Virus record (IMG/VR): IMGVR_UViG_3300042360_000387
Location: 1-48,877 of that record
Strand: one strand, 5' to 3'
Source of the DNA: a virus
Taxonomy: Duplodnaviria > Caudoviricetes
Length of the DNA: 48,877 bases
A program made the translations under genes and the position numbers. The notes under the pieces are model-generated. The model did no database searches, was not told where the DNA came from, and saw nothing but the letters and a program-made list of their open reading frames with translations. Positions 18,689-28,126 of this stretch are shown piece after piece. How positions within the stretch are numbered: position 1 is the stretch's first letter; each line of letters opens with the position of its first letter.

Positions 18689-19682
18689 TAAATTCGTTAA
18701 TTTCTCTCTTACTCATTCCATAATCTTTAATAATATCATCAATACTATGATTAACGATATGCGGAATATCAACTTCACACTTATCTAAAATACGCTTAGT
18801 CAATTCCATTTCCATTCGTGAAAATCTAACTGATTGATACATATAGTCGTTAAATGCTTCCATAGCTACTGGGAACAATTCTTTAAGTATTTCCCAAACT
18901 GCATTAGACATTTGTTGGATTTCCCACTGTGCATGAGAATCACTCCTAAGCTGGACAAACTTCATCCAATTCAACAAGTTTCCCTTCATATAGAATTCTG
19001 TAAAGTTAGAAACTGGTAGAACAGTTCTAGCTAATTCTCTCGAAAGTGCATTTTTCTTATAATCTTCATTGAGTAATGAACCTTCCCCAGAAATATCGGT
19101 AAATGGTTCATAGACTTGTTCGCAAATTGCTTTGTATTCTCTAACAGAATCTTTATCATCACTATCACATCCAAGCAATACTTTATAGATATTTAAAGAA
19201 TGTTCATTTGCAGCTTTAAGCAACCATTGCACACCATTACGATTTTGTTCGTCAAGAAGTTCACCACCACCCTGCTTATTACTAGAAGACTGCTTCTTCA
19301 ACTGTCCTAATTCAGGAATATACATATCAGAACTCATTTCTGAATATCTACCAGAATATTGATTTACAGAAAATGTTCTGTGTCTGATAGATTGTGCTGA
19401 TACAAATAGAGGAACTTTAATATGCAACTTTAATTCGCACATTTCAAAAGGAGTAGTATGGAAATGTCTTAATAGATATCTAATAAGATTCCTATCATCA
19501 TTAACAGTTTTTGTTCCTGCTCCATAAGATACTCTTGCAGCTTGCACAATAGCAGAATCATCTCCCATATGGTCAACATATCTTACAAATCCGCTAATTC
19601 TTACAATATTTCCATCTACATCTTTATAGGGAGCATCACATTCAAGTATTTTTATTTCTTTTTCGTAATTAATTTTTGACAT
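18675..19682 (-). CDS. thyX: flavin-dependent thymidylate synthase
   Basis: AARVSY, H.TPFE, RHRTFSVNQYSGRY, ELARTVLP, HAQWEI. Confidence 0.96.
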   Translation of the reverse strand: MSKINYEKEIKILECDAPYKDVDGNIVRISGFVRYVDHMGDDSAIVQAARVSYGAGTKTVNDDRNLIRYLLRHFHTTPFEMCELKLHIKVPLFVSAQSIRHRTFSVNQYSGRYSEMSSDMYIPELGQLKKQSSSNKQGGGELLDEQNRNGVQWLLKAANEHSLNIYKVLLGCDSDDKDSVREYKAICEQVYEPFTDISGEGSLLNEDYKKNALSRELARTVLPVSNFTEFYMKGNLLNWMKFVQLRSDSHAQWEIQQMSNAVWEILKELFPVAMEAFNDYMYQSVRFSRMEMELTKRILDKCEVDIPHIVNHSIDDIIKDYGMSKREINEFIGKW

Positions 19683-19692
19683 ATATTTCCTT

Positions 19693-19953
19693 TTACTTTA
19701 TGTATAAATTGGCACTTGATTTCATAAATTCTTTACGTTTTTCTAATTCATCTTTTAATTTTTGATTTTCTGTAAGCAATTCAAATTTATCGTTAATTAA
19801 TTCACGATTTATATCAATTAGGCTTTTAGTTTTTTGTAATATATTAAAAGCAATAGAACTGGCGATTTGCACATCATTTATCTGTTGCGATAGATGCTGT
19901 ATATTTAATTTTTCAATATATTGTTCTATATCAATTCCTGATGTATCTATCAT
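19693..19953 (-). CDS. hypothetical coiled-coil protein
   Basis: ATG overlaps primase stop (ATGA). Confidence 0.6.
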   Translation of the reverse strand: MIDTSGIDIEQYIEKLNIQHLSQQINDVQIASSIAFNILQKTKSLIDINRELINDKFELLTENQKLKDELEKRKEFMKSSANLYIK

Positions 19954-20954
19954 ACTTTTCTCCATTTTGTTAGCTCTAATTTTGCTCGATGCGAACACCA
20001 ACTATTTTTTTTAATAAAATCAACTATAACATTACTAGAACATTCTGTCAATATTAAATCATTGATATCTTTTTCTTTTATTTTACTGTTCCATATGAAA
20101 ACTTTATATCCCATAGTAATAAATTTCTCATACTTTTTGATAATCTCATAATTTCTAGGCTCGTTATCTAAAATAATGATACTGTTTTCTTTATCAACAA
20201 AATCACATATTCTTGCAAAGTCACTTCCCGCAACTGCAATAGCATTTGGGAGAAACATAGAATCTATTGGCCCTTCTGTAACAAACACTAAATTATTTCT
20301 ATCATACTTATTAAGATTATAGATAAGAGGATATTCACTATCTATCTTAAAAGTAATATAGCGCATTGAAAAATTATTTAGAGATCTTGCCTGTATAGCG
20401 AATAATTCACCACAAGGTTTATAGAAAGGAATAATTAACCTTGCACAATCAATCTTTTCTTTAAATTCTTCTTCAAGTTGATTAGGGAAAACATCAAATA
20501 ATTTTTTAGTATTATGAGTATAGTAAAGAGTATCCCATACTTCGCTAGGTATTTTGCGTTTCTTCAAAAATGAAATACAATCTTTACTTTCACTCGCTCT
20601 ACAAAATGTATCAAATAAATCAATACTTTCAATTTCTTTAACTATTGGAGTATCTTTAATAAGATACGAACTAGAACTTTTTGCTCTGTATCTATCGGAA
20701 ATGTAGTTTCTATAAAAACTGTTATCTGTAAATTCCCTTATAAAATTTTTCAGGTCTGAAAAGTATCCACAATTATGACACTTAACAACATACCCATCAT
20801 TTTTAGAATCATGAAAAATATATCCTCTAGTCTTATTCTTATTCTTTTGAGAATCCCCGCAAGAAGGACACCGAAAGGTCCAAGAATTTTCTGACTTTTT
20901 CTTGAATTTCTCAAGATACTGTCCTAGCATTGATATATGATACTTTTCAGACAT
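19950..20954 (-). CDS. gp61: DNA primase gp61
   Basis: FRCPSCGDS, CHNCG, TEGPIDSMF, DNEPRN, KDIND. Confidence 0.96.
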   Translation of the reverse strand: MSEKYHISMLGQYLEKFKKKSENSWTFRCPSCGDSQKNKNKTRGYIFHDSKNDGYVVKCHNCGYFSDLKNFIREFTDNSFYRNYISDRYRAKSSSSYLIKDTPIVKEIESIDLFDTFCRASESKDCISFLKKRKIPSEVWDTLYYTHNTKKLFDVFPNQLEEEFKEKIDCARLIIPFYKPCGELFAIQARSLNNFSMRYITFKIDSEYPLIYNLNKYDRNNLVFVTEGPIDSMFLPNAIAVAGSDFARICDFVDKENSIIILDNEPRNYEIIKKYEKFITMGYKVFIWNSKIKEKDINDLILTECSSNVIVDFIKKNSWCSHRAKLELTKWRKV

Positions 20955-20955
20955 A

Positions 20956-21180
20956 CTAAAAATTCATGTTCATAAAATTACAATCTTCTCCAATATGTTT
21001 TTTATCTACACAATAGTATATTTCTTGTCCTAAACTATACCAATTTTCAATTTTATAAATTGTATAGTTTAGATTAGTGAATAAAAATGTTTCACAACTA
21101 TCTTTATCTGTAAATGTTACAGCCGATATTTTTCTATCACCATAATTTACATTAGAAATCTTCATCTTTTCAACTAGCAT
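20956..21180 (-). CDS. hypothetical protein
   Basis: GAGG SD; operon packing. Confidence 0.6.
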   Translation of the reverse strand: MLVEKMKISNVNYGDRKISAVTFTDKDSCETFLFTNLNYTIYKIENWYSLGQEIYYCVDKKHIGEDCNFMNMNF

Positions 21181-21183
21181 AAT

Positions 21184-21408
21184 TTAATCCTCAATAGTTT
21201 TAATATTAATTTCTGAAATTTTATAATTTAATGTTTTATTTTTTACTGTATCATCTACCCATTTTATAGCAGAACTAAGAGTAGGGAATATTAAAGTATC
21301 ATTCATTGAAATATATTTTAGATTACCATTGATAAAAGTTCGTTTAAAAGAAACTTCGTAACTATAACCTTCATATTTTTCAAACTCATTAATTTTTTGA
21401 ATATTCAT
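21184..21408 (-). CDS. hypothetical protein
   Basis: AAGGAG SD; first gene behind an early cassette. Confidence 0.65.
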   Translation of the reverse strand: MNIQKINEFEKYEGYSYEVSFKRTFINGNLKYISMNDTLIFPTLSSAIKWVDDTVKNKTLNYKISEINIKTIED

Positions 21409-21481
21409 ATAAACTCCTTTTATAAGTGATGATTATCACCGCTTATAGAATTAATATAACATTTTTGATTATACTTGTAAA
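21409..21481 (-). promoter_or_regulatory. early promoter + stem-loop + SD cassette
   Basis: TTTACA-N17-TATATT, stem 21421-21447, AAGGAG. Confidence 0.72.
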
Positions 21482-21665
21482 GTATAAAATACAATAAAAT
21501 TAAAACAAACTTACTAATCCCTTGATTTACCTACATTTCTAAATAACTTTTTATCCATTTTATAAATGTAGAAATTCACTAAGCTACCCCTATAAGGGTC
21601 AGAAAATTTCGGTGCTGTAACCTATTGATTTAGAATGATAAAAAAGTGACTTTTTGAGAGTTTTA
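21443..21665 (-). repeat. long inverted repeat, left copy (partner ~38497-38725)
   Basis: 21575-21632 is the exact reverse complement of 38530-38587 (58 bp); 21519-21562 matches 38600-38643 with one mismatch. Confidence 0.95.
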
Positions 21666-21674
21666 TAAAGGTGA

Positions 21675-22277
21675 CTATACTTTATCATTTTTATTTAAAA
21701 TATACTTTTGATTAGAAATCCACTTTATGACTGGAGGTTCTGCACTATATGATTTTTCCCAAATATACCAAGCATAAACCATCATTCCTGTTGCATATTT
21801 CCCATCTTCCCTAATTTTTTCTGAAAGCATCGGATACCTTGTAAAAATATGAATTTCTTTTAGAGGAAATTGTTTATCAGAATACAATTTAGAAAATCTT
21901 TCTTCACCATGAAGATAAGAAAGAGGAAGTAACATTGCGATTTTTTTATTGCAAATATTTTTAGAATGTAGAATAAATTGCAACGCTAGTTTGAATGGAG
22001 GATTAGCTATAATATAATCATGTGTTTCTTTATATTCAAGAAAATTAATACCTATATTTAAATCTATAGGTGTAATATCAAAATATCCATTTTCGTTAAG
22101 AACCTTTACTATAGCACCATTTCCACAAGAGGGTTCCAAAATAGAACCCTCTTTAGAAAAATAAACATTGTCTAATAATTGCTGTGTTATAGAATATGGA
22201 GTTTGATAAAAATCATCTTTATTTCTATTTTCAGTTTTTTGATTCGCAGAAAAGTTTTTTCCCATTTTACTCACCAA
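21675..22277 (-). CDS. amino (N6A-type) DNA methyltransferase
   Basis: DFYQTP, ILEPSCGNG (SAM binding), IANPPF. Confidence 0.88.
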   Translation of the reverse strand: MVSKMGKNFSANQKTENRNKDDFYQTPYSITQQLLDNVYFSKEGSILEPSCGNGAIVKVLNENGYFDITPIDLNIGINFLEYKETHDYIIANPPFKLALQFILHSKNICNKKIAMLLPLSYLHGEERFSKLYSDKQFPLKEIHIFTRYPMLSEKIREDGKYATGMMVYAWYIWEKSYSAEPPVIKWISNQKYILNKNDKV

Positions 22278-22377
22278 TTCATTATAGATAATTCATTATG
22301 AAAAGTTGCTAATTTGAAATATGCAAGCAACTTCAAAAATACTATAGTTGTTAATATATCTAATAACAAGGTAAATC

Positions 22378-22905
22378 TCATTTCCCAGTGCTCCCAAACC
22401 CACCATTTCTATCGCTATCAAGAACTGGTAATTCCTCACTTACATAAAAATTAATAATAGATTTATCTGCAATTTTAATCAATTCCGCTTGTGCAATTCT
22501 ATCATGTGTATTAATGATTTGATTAACTTTACTGTGATTTTTTAATAAAACAAAAGTTTCTTGTTGATAATCAGAATCTATTACACCGACTCCATTAGCA
22601 ACAACAAGATTTTTTTTCCATGCTAGTGATGACCTAGAATAAATTTTCATGCACATATCAGTAGGAATAATAAAAATAATCCCAGTAGGAATCATAGCAG
22701 TTTTCTTAGGCGGGATAACAATTTTACTACCACATAAGACAGGTATAATTCCTTTAGATTCGTCTTCATCTATAATATTAATTGTATCTGTGTGAAAATT
22801 AGCTTCTAAATCAAAACAAGCAGAATACCTTGTAGAAAAAGAAGGAACATTTACAGATTCGTTTAATTTTTTAATTCCCAATTCAATCATATTAATTGCT
22901 CCCAA
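22378..22905 (-). CDS. dut: trimeric dUTPase
   Basis: SACFDL, SRSS, GVIDSDY, RIAQ, RNGGFGSTG. Confidence 0.95.
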   Translation of the reverse strand: MGAINMIELGIKKLNESVNVPSFSTRYSACFDLEANFHTDTINIIDEDESKGIIPVLCGSKIVIPPKKTAMIPTGIIFIIPTDMCMKIYSRSSLAWKKNLVVANGVGVIDSDYQQETFVLLKNHSKVNQIINTHDRIAQAELIKIADKSIINFYVSEELPVLDSDRNGGFGSTGK

Positions 22906-23284
22906 ACTTATACCATTTTTTAAAAATATATTTATCTTTTTCTGAATGTTTTAAAATAGTAACACCATGATTAGAATAATCTATTTCTCCTTCTTGATCT
23001 ATTTTACAAAGTCCCCATTGTTCTAAAAGAATTGCTACATAATTTCTTTGAAGTAAATCTTTTTCATTAAAGGTAGATTCTTTACCTTCATTAATAAACC
23101 CTTCTTTAAAATGAAGGATTCTATATTCAGAGTTTTTTACAAGAACTCCACCAATCACATTAACAATATTAGGTTGTTTCTTACTGATACACCCTATTCT
23201 CTCAATCGTTTCTTTTAATACTAGAAACTCATCTTCTGTAAATTTACTATTTCCGCTTGGTGATAATATTTTTAATCCTACCAT
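22892..23284 (-). CDS. regA: translational repressor RegA
   Basis: FL.LKET.ERIG, YRILHFKE, LLEQWGL; follows gene 62. Confidence 0.85.
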   Translation of the reverse strand: MVGLKILSPSGNSKFTEDEFLVLKETIERIGCISKKQPNIVNVIGGVLVKNSEYRILHFKEGFINEGKESTFNEKDLLQRNYVAILLEQWGLCKIDQEGEIDYSNHGVTILKHSEKDKYIFKKWYKFGSN

Positions 23285-23287
23285 AAT

Positions 23288-23683
23288 TTATTTTCTCTCT
23301 TTATATAATTTAATAATTTTGATTAAATCTTCATCTTTCATTAACTTACAATATTCTTGCGCAACAACTTTGCTGCATTGATAGAATCTACAAATATAAT
23401 CTATTGCTTCTATCTTTTCTACTTTGATTCCCTTAGCGAATCGTTTTTTCTTAGGTATCGAATAGAACAAAAAATCATGGTGCATTTCTGAAGAAACATT
23501 CCAACTTTTATTCAACTCATTTACTAAGAGGACACAATCAGGATATCTTCCCATCATCATAGAAATTAGATACGAATTATAAGACTTAACTGTATCATTA
23601 CACATTAGATTTTTTTTGTTGTTGGAAATATCATTCAACCAGTCAAATAATTCCACCATACTATAGACATCCCATAATCTCAA
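23288..23683 (-). CDS. gp62: clamp loader small subunit gp62
   Basis: LFDWLNDI, NELN, FYSIPKKKRF; synteny 45-44-62-regA. Confidence 0.88.
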   Translation of the reverse strand: MRLWDVYSMVELFDWLNDISNNKKNLMCNDTVKSYNSYLISMMMGRYPDCVLLVNELNKSWNVSSEMHHDFLFYSIPKKKRFAKGIKVEKIEAIDYICRFYQCSKVVAQEYCKLMKDEDLIKIIKLYKERK

Positions 23684-24596
23684 TTAAACAAGCAACGATA
23701 TGTAAATTTTTATCTATAACATTATGATGATGTTTTTGATAATCTGCAAGTGTTAATATGACATTAGGGATAGATTTATCAGGAATAATACTTTTAATAT
23801 TTTTATAAACTGTTGGATAAAAATCCGAAAAATCATTATTAGAATTATTCGCAACCCATTCCATAGTTTTGGATATTTCTTTATTTGTAATGAGTGACTT
23901 TAACTCATCTATAGAAATATCCTTTGAGTTAGAAAGAATATCTGCTGTGATTGCACCATTGTAAGAAAAACTTTGAAGTTCATTTAAAATTCTTCTATTG
24001 TCTGGATATTTCTTTTCAATATATGCAAAAACGGCTTTAGCATCAAATTCAACATTTTCTAAACGAAGAATATTAGCAACTCGTTTAGTAAGTGCAAGCA
24101 TCAAACTTTTCTTTTCTTTTTCTGATAGGTTAAATCCAAAATCAGTATTTGCACAACGAGAATGGATTGCTTCTATTAATTTACTCTTATAGTTGCATGT
24201 AAGAATAAATAGAACTCTTGCAGAATATTGTTCCATTGTCGCACGAAGTGCTTTTTGTGCTTGTTCTGTAAGATTATCCGCTTCATCTAATATCAAAACT
24301 TTTTTATTTCCTGATATAGAATAAGAACTACAATAATCTACAATTTCATTTCTAAGAGTATCAATCCCATTATCTTTAGAAGCGTTTATCAATTTTACGT
24401 CATATCCCAACTCACTACATAGAGCTCGTGCAAGGGTGGTTTTACCACACCCCGCACTACCCGATAGAAGTAAATGAGGAATACTTTCGTTTGTTACTAA
24501 AATTTTAAACTGTTGCTTTATAGATTCTGGTAGAATACATTCGTCAATAGTTTTAGGTCTGTATTTTTCGCTCCATGGAGCTGATAACAAATTCAT
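23661..24596 (-). CDS. gp44: clamp loader large subunit gp44
   Basis: WSEKYRP, GSAGCGKTT, ILDEAD, HSRC. Confidence 0.96.
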   Translation of the reverse strand: MNLLSAPWSEKYRPKTIDECILPESIKQQFKILVTNESIPHLLLSGSAGCGKTTLARALCSELGYDVKLINASKDNGIDTLRNEIVDYCSSYSISGNKKVLILDEADNLTEQAQKALRATMEQYSARVLFILTCNYKSKLIEAIHSRCANTDFGFNLSEKEKKSLMLALTKRVANILRLENVEFDAKAVFAYIEKKYPDNRRILNELQSFSYNGAITADILSNSKDISIDELKSLITNKEISKTMEWVANNSNNDFSDFYPTVYKNIKSIIPDKSIPNVILTLADYQKHHHNVIDKNLHIVACLIEIMGCL

Positions 24597-24614
24597 AACA
24601 ATTCCTCATATAAA

Positions 24615-25310
24615 TTAAAATTTAGTATATTCGTCATTAACTGCGATAGTATATTCTACCTTATAATCACTACTCTCAAATTTAACAAACTTGCTCGTAA
24701 AGTCTGTTTTAAGAATATATGACGATGATAAAAACTTCATTTTATTTTTGTCAAGAACAATTTGGAAATCTTGTAAATCACAATCACCTACTTCAACTTC
24801 GAAAAAATGTTTGTAATTTTCATCTTCAACTGTGCAAGCCTTTAACATCAATGTTTTATCTTTATTAATAAAGACAATATTTTCAGAGCCGATTGTTTTT
24901 GCTACTGTAATAATATTATCTATAACGGATTTTGAAAGTTCAATTTCTTGGATGTTATCAGAATTTTTAAAATTGATTTGTGGGATATCTTGAATTAATT
25001 CTGTAGGGGATCCAAAGAAACGAATTCTATTTTTAGCATTACTATTTTTGATAGTCACAAAACGAATATCTTCATCTTCTTCACTACTCTTGAATTCTAA
25101 TTCTGCATTTTCTACTAGAGTTACCATACTTAAAAAATTTGTTAGTCTATCACAAATAGCAAAATCGACTGGGAAATCATTTTCTAATTCAATTTGTGTA
25201 ACTATTGACGAGTTTCCAAATCGTTGTTGCTTTCCTTTTTTAAATTTAGCTTGTTCTGTAATTCCAGCAACATTTTTTAACAACTCAATGTCGTTTTTAC
25301 TTAGTTTCAT
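24615..25310 (-). CDS. gp45: sliding clamp gp45
   Basis: MKLSK...LLKN, FPVDFAI.D...FL; size and synteny. Confidence 0.85.
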   Translation of the reverse strand: MKLSKNDIELLKNVAGITEQAKFKKGKQQRFGNSSIVTQIELENDFPVDFAICDRLTNFLSMVTLVENAELEFKSSEEDEDIRFVTIKNSNAKNRIRFFGSPTELIQDIPQINFKNSDNIQEIELSKSVIDNIITVAKTIGSENIVFINKDKTLMLKACTVEDENYKHFFEVEVGDCDLQDFQIVLDKNKMKFLSSSYILKTDFTSKFVKFESSDYKVEYTIAVNDEYTKF

Positions 25311-25374
25311 ACTTAATAATCCTTTATTGATAAATTTTAATGATTAACTTCGTATAATATACATTAAACTCAAT

Positions 25375-25971
25375 TTATATTTCATTGTCAAGGTCTTGAT
25401 GTAATTTAACAATTTGGAAATATTCATTAACACAATCATGAAGAGCATTATGAAGGATTGTCTTAGAGTTTGGGCGGAAACCTTTAACTTTTCCGTGTTT
25501 AGAACCCGATGAAGTGTCTATGTAAGTTCTTAAATCTCTTGACATCCAAAATGGGATAGGACAAGGTGTTTTCAAATTTTCATAGATATCTTGTAGAATA
25601 GGGAAATCAAAGTGACCTCTGCAATAAGCATGATTATTTTTTGTATCAAACTTGTGAATTGATAAATATTCATTTATCATTCCAGGAAGTTCTCTAATAG
25701 AAACATCATCAACAGATGGTTTAAGGACTGTTCTTGCAGCATCACCTTGACCTTTCCACCACTCCAAAGTGTCTTTTGAAACATGACGATTAAACTTTTC
25801 GCTTTGTTCTTTAACGTCAAATTTTACATAGAACCCTTCTGCTTCAAGTTCTTCAAAAGTATATTCTTGAGAAGAATCAATTACTATCATTCCTAATGAA
25901 AGGACAATAGCAGTTTGCTTTGTAGAAAGAGTTTCGAAATCGAATATACAAAATTTTGGAGTGGTGGGCAT
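25375..25971 (-). CDS. dexA: DEDDh 3'-5' exonuclease, DexA-like
   Basis: IFDFETL, TLEWW, FDFPIL, RDLRT, HNALHDC. Confidence 0.88.
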   Translation of the reverse strand: MPTTPKFCIFDFETLSTKQTAIVLSLGMIVIDSSQEYTFEELEAEGFYVKFDVKEQSEKFNRHVSKDTLEWWKGQGDAARTVLKPSVDDVSIRELPGMINEYLSIHKFDTKNNHAYCRGHFDFPILQDIYENLKTPCPIPFWMSRDLRTYIDTSSGSKHGKVKGFRPNSKTILHNALHDCVNEYFQIVKLHQDLDNEI

Positions 25972-25982
25972 CTTAATAATTC

Positions 25983-26159
25983 CTATTTTCGTTTGTTTAT
26001 AAGGTCTTCATTAACTTCTTTAATAGTTTTGTCGTGCTTGAAAAAATTATAAACATTAGCAATCCATGCTTTTAAAAATAGTGGAAGTATTACTTTAACA
26101 CATACAAAATAAATTGCAAGCAAAAAAGTAACAAATAGAAATATTTTTATTCCTAACAT
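25983..26159 (-). CDS. small membrane protein (58 aa, not in ORF track)
   Basis: MLGIKIFLFVTFLLAIYFV...; GAGG SD; fills the gap in the operon. Confidence 0.55.
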   Translation of the reverse strand: MLGIKIFLFVTFLLAIYFVCVKVILPLFLKAWIANVYNFFKHDKTIKEVNEDLINKRK

Positions 26160-26449
26160 AAATTGTTTCCTCTATTCTTTATTTCTGTTAGATTCATATA
26201 TAAGTCACTTTGAGAACCATCTATATTGCACAACCTAGCAAAATCAGTAACAACTACTTTATGTCCTAGCTTTTCTTCAATTTCAGAAAGTGACATTTGT
26301 TTAGGAGTCAATTTTTCAATATAATTGTTAATCCATTTTATTTTTTCGCTTAACCCAGCTATTTCACAATTTAGATTTCGTATCCTGTTTTGACAATATG
26401 ATTTTTGCTTTTCTAATTCTTCTTTATTAAGATATTTTAAATCAGACAT
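26153..26449 (-). CDS. hypothetical protein
   Basis: MSLSEIEEKLGHKV motif common in small phage proteins. Confidence 0.65.
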   Translation of the reverse strand: MSDLKYLNKEELEKQKSYCQNRIRNLNCEIAGLSEKIKWINNYIEKLTPKQMSLSEIEEKLGHKVVVTDFARLCNIDGSQSDLYMNLTEIKNRGNNLC

Positions 26450-26450
26450 A

Positions 26451-27623
26451 TTATTCGACCCTTTTAGAAATATCTTTTGTGATATTCATGAATGATTGCA
26501 ACCCTACTGCATCAAATGGATTTAGAGGTGACTGTTGTCCATTCCCACCAAGAACCATTGTTTGTGGAAGTTTAATCTTAGCAAGTTCTGCAGCAACACC
26601 AATAGCAGTTTCTTTATCTATTTGTGCTTTTTCTAATGGAGATAATCCCGCAGCAACCTTCATACGAGCAGCTTCTGATTCTGCTCTACCAATAGCTTTG
26701 ATTTTTTTCTCATCTTCAAGTGCTTTCATTGCTTCTTGTTCTGCAACTTCTTTTTCACGTTCTGCATTGATTACAGCTGTTGCTTTTTCTGCAAGAGCTG
26801 CAGCTTCTACAGTTGCGATTTTTGCTTTACCTTCTTCCCTAGCTTTGATTGCATCTTGTTTTGCTCGCTTTGCATCTGCCTTTGCAACAATTTCTTGTTG
26901 CTCTGCTTCTTTACGTTTAGCAATCAATTCATCTGTTCTTTCGTCAAAATCAATATCTTGAATAGTCAACTGAATAATACCCATTTGATATGTTTTGAAA
27001 ACAGATGGTTCAGTAATAATTGGATTTCCTGCTTCGTCATCTTTAATAGAAACTTGACGAACAATTCTACTATTACCATCTACATCATTTTCTTTAAATT
27101 CGCTAAATGTAGTTGCGTATATACCATCTTTAATCTGGTCTCTTGTCAAATCAATAAAATCACCTCTACGAATTGAATATACATCTTCTGCACCAAAGTG
27201 TGTTGCAGATTGTCTTAGTGAAGCATCTACAACTTGCCGAATAAGAGATTTCTTAACAGCTTCATAACTTCTTGTTTGTTGATGTAATTGAAGTTGTGCA
27301 TCTGGATGAGATGGAAGTGTATATTTAATTTGACCATGAATTTTAGCGACAGAAGCATCATTAAATCTTACAGTAATTGCATTTTCTGGAGTGCTAAAAT
27401 CATATGTATCTGCAACTGGATACTCGTGGATTTTAGCAAACATTTGTAGATAAACTCCAGGATCGTTAATAACTGATAGATTACCAGAAATATAATCCTG
27501 TTTTACATGATATGTCCCAGCTTCTAATTGTTCAAAAATTTGTCCCGCAGCAACTGCCGCAATGACTATACTAACTCCTAGACTCCCTAGTGCTATATAT
27601 TTCGTTACTTTATTAATACTCAT
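26451..27623 (-). CDS. SPFH/band-7 family membrane protein
   Basis: N-terminal TM, SPFH-like core, Ala/Glu-rich coiled coil. Confidence 0.85.
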   Translation of the reverse strand: MSINKVTKYIALGSLGVSIVIAAVAAGQIFEQLEAGTYHVKQDYISGNLSVINDPGVYLQMFAKIHEYPVADTYDFSTPENAITVRFNDASVAKIHGQIKYTLPSHPDAQLQLHQQTRSYEAVKKSLIRQVVDASLRQSATHFGAEDVYSIRRGDFIDLTRDQIKDGIYATTFSEFKENDVDGNSRIVRQVSIKDDEAGNPIITEPSVFKTYQMGIIQLTIQDIDFDERTDELIAKRKEAEQQEIVAKADAKRAKQDAIKAREEGKAKIATVEAAALAEKATAVINAEREKEVAEQEAMKALEDEKKIKAIGRAESEAARMKVAAGLSPLEKAQIDKETAIGVAAELAKIKLPQTMVLGGNGQQSPLNPFDAVGLQSFMNITKDISKRVE

Positions 27624-27653
27624 TTTATTCTCCTTAAAATTTAATGTTATAAT

Positions 27654-27905
27654 CTATTCTGTTTCTTCAAAAGCCATTCCTAAAGTTTTCTTATAGACAT
27701 CTACAATATACTCTTGTTCTTCCCTAGTTTGACTATCAAGTTTTCTTAATTTTAGAATTTCTTTAATTCCCTTTACATCAAAGCCTGTAGATTTTGCTTC
27801 TGTAAAGACATCCTTAATCATACCAGAAAGTGCTGATTTTTCTTCTTGTAACTTTTCAATCCTATCTATATAGCTTACTAGTTGTTCTTTAGCGACATTA
27901 CTCAT
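27654..27905 (-). CDS. gapR: GapR/DUF2312 family DNA-binding protein
   Basis: QLVSYIDRIEKLQEEK...IKDVFTEAKSTGFDVK.IKEILKLRK...Y...LGM. Confidence 0.9.
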   Translation of the reverse strand: MSNVAKEQLVSYIDRIEKLQEEKSALSGMIKDVFTEAKSTGFDVKGIKEILKLRKLDSQTREEQEYIVDVYKKTLGMAFEETE

Positions 27906-27914
27906 TTTATATTC

Positions 27915-28124
27915 CTATCTTATAAATAATTTTTTAGTGGTGTTAATAAGTTTTTCTTTATCAATAGCTAACATATATCCAGCAATTATAAACGATATTG
28001 ATGTATATACTTTAAGATATTCACCTGTTAGTAAATTCGTTAATAATACTGGAATATATAAAAGTGCATATACTATCCAAAATATTTCTGTATAGTATTG
28101 AAAATTTTTTATTTTGTTAAACAT
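27915..28124 (-). CDS. small membrane protein
   Basis: Two hydrophobic segments; operon packing. Confidence 0.55.
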   Translation of the reverse strand: MFNKIKNFQYYTEIFWIVYALLYIPVLLTNLLTGEYLKVYTSISFIIAGYMLAIDKEKLINTTKKLFIR

Positions 28125-28126
28125 TA

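Noticed and set aside
22278-22377. Weak inverted repeats between dut and the MTase
   Set aside because: Short AT-rich stems with large loops; not distinguishable from chance.
26479-27176. Long antisense ORFs (160 and 146 aa) over the SPFH gene, and similar antisense ORFs over genes 41, 8, 22, 30 and 46
   Set aside because: Shadow frames produced by codon bias of the real gene; no SD or motifs.
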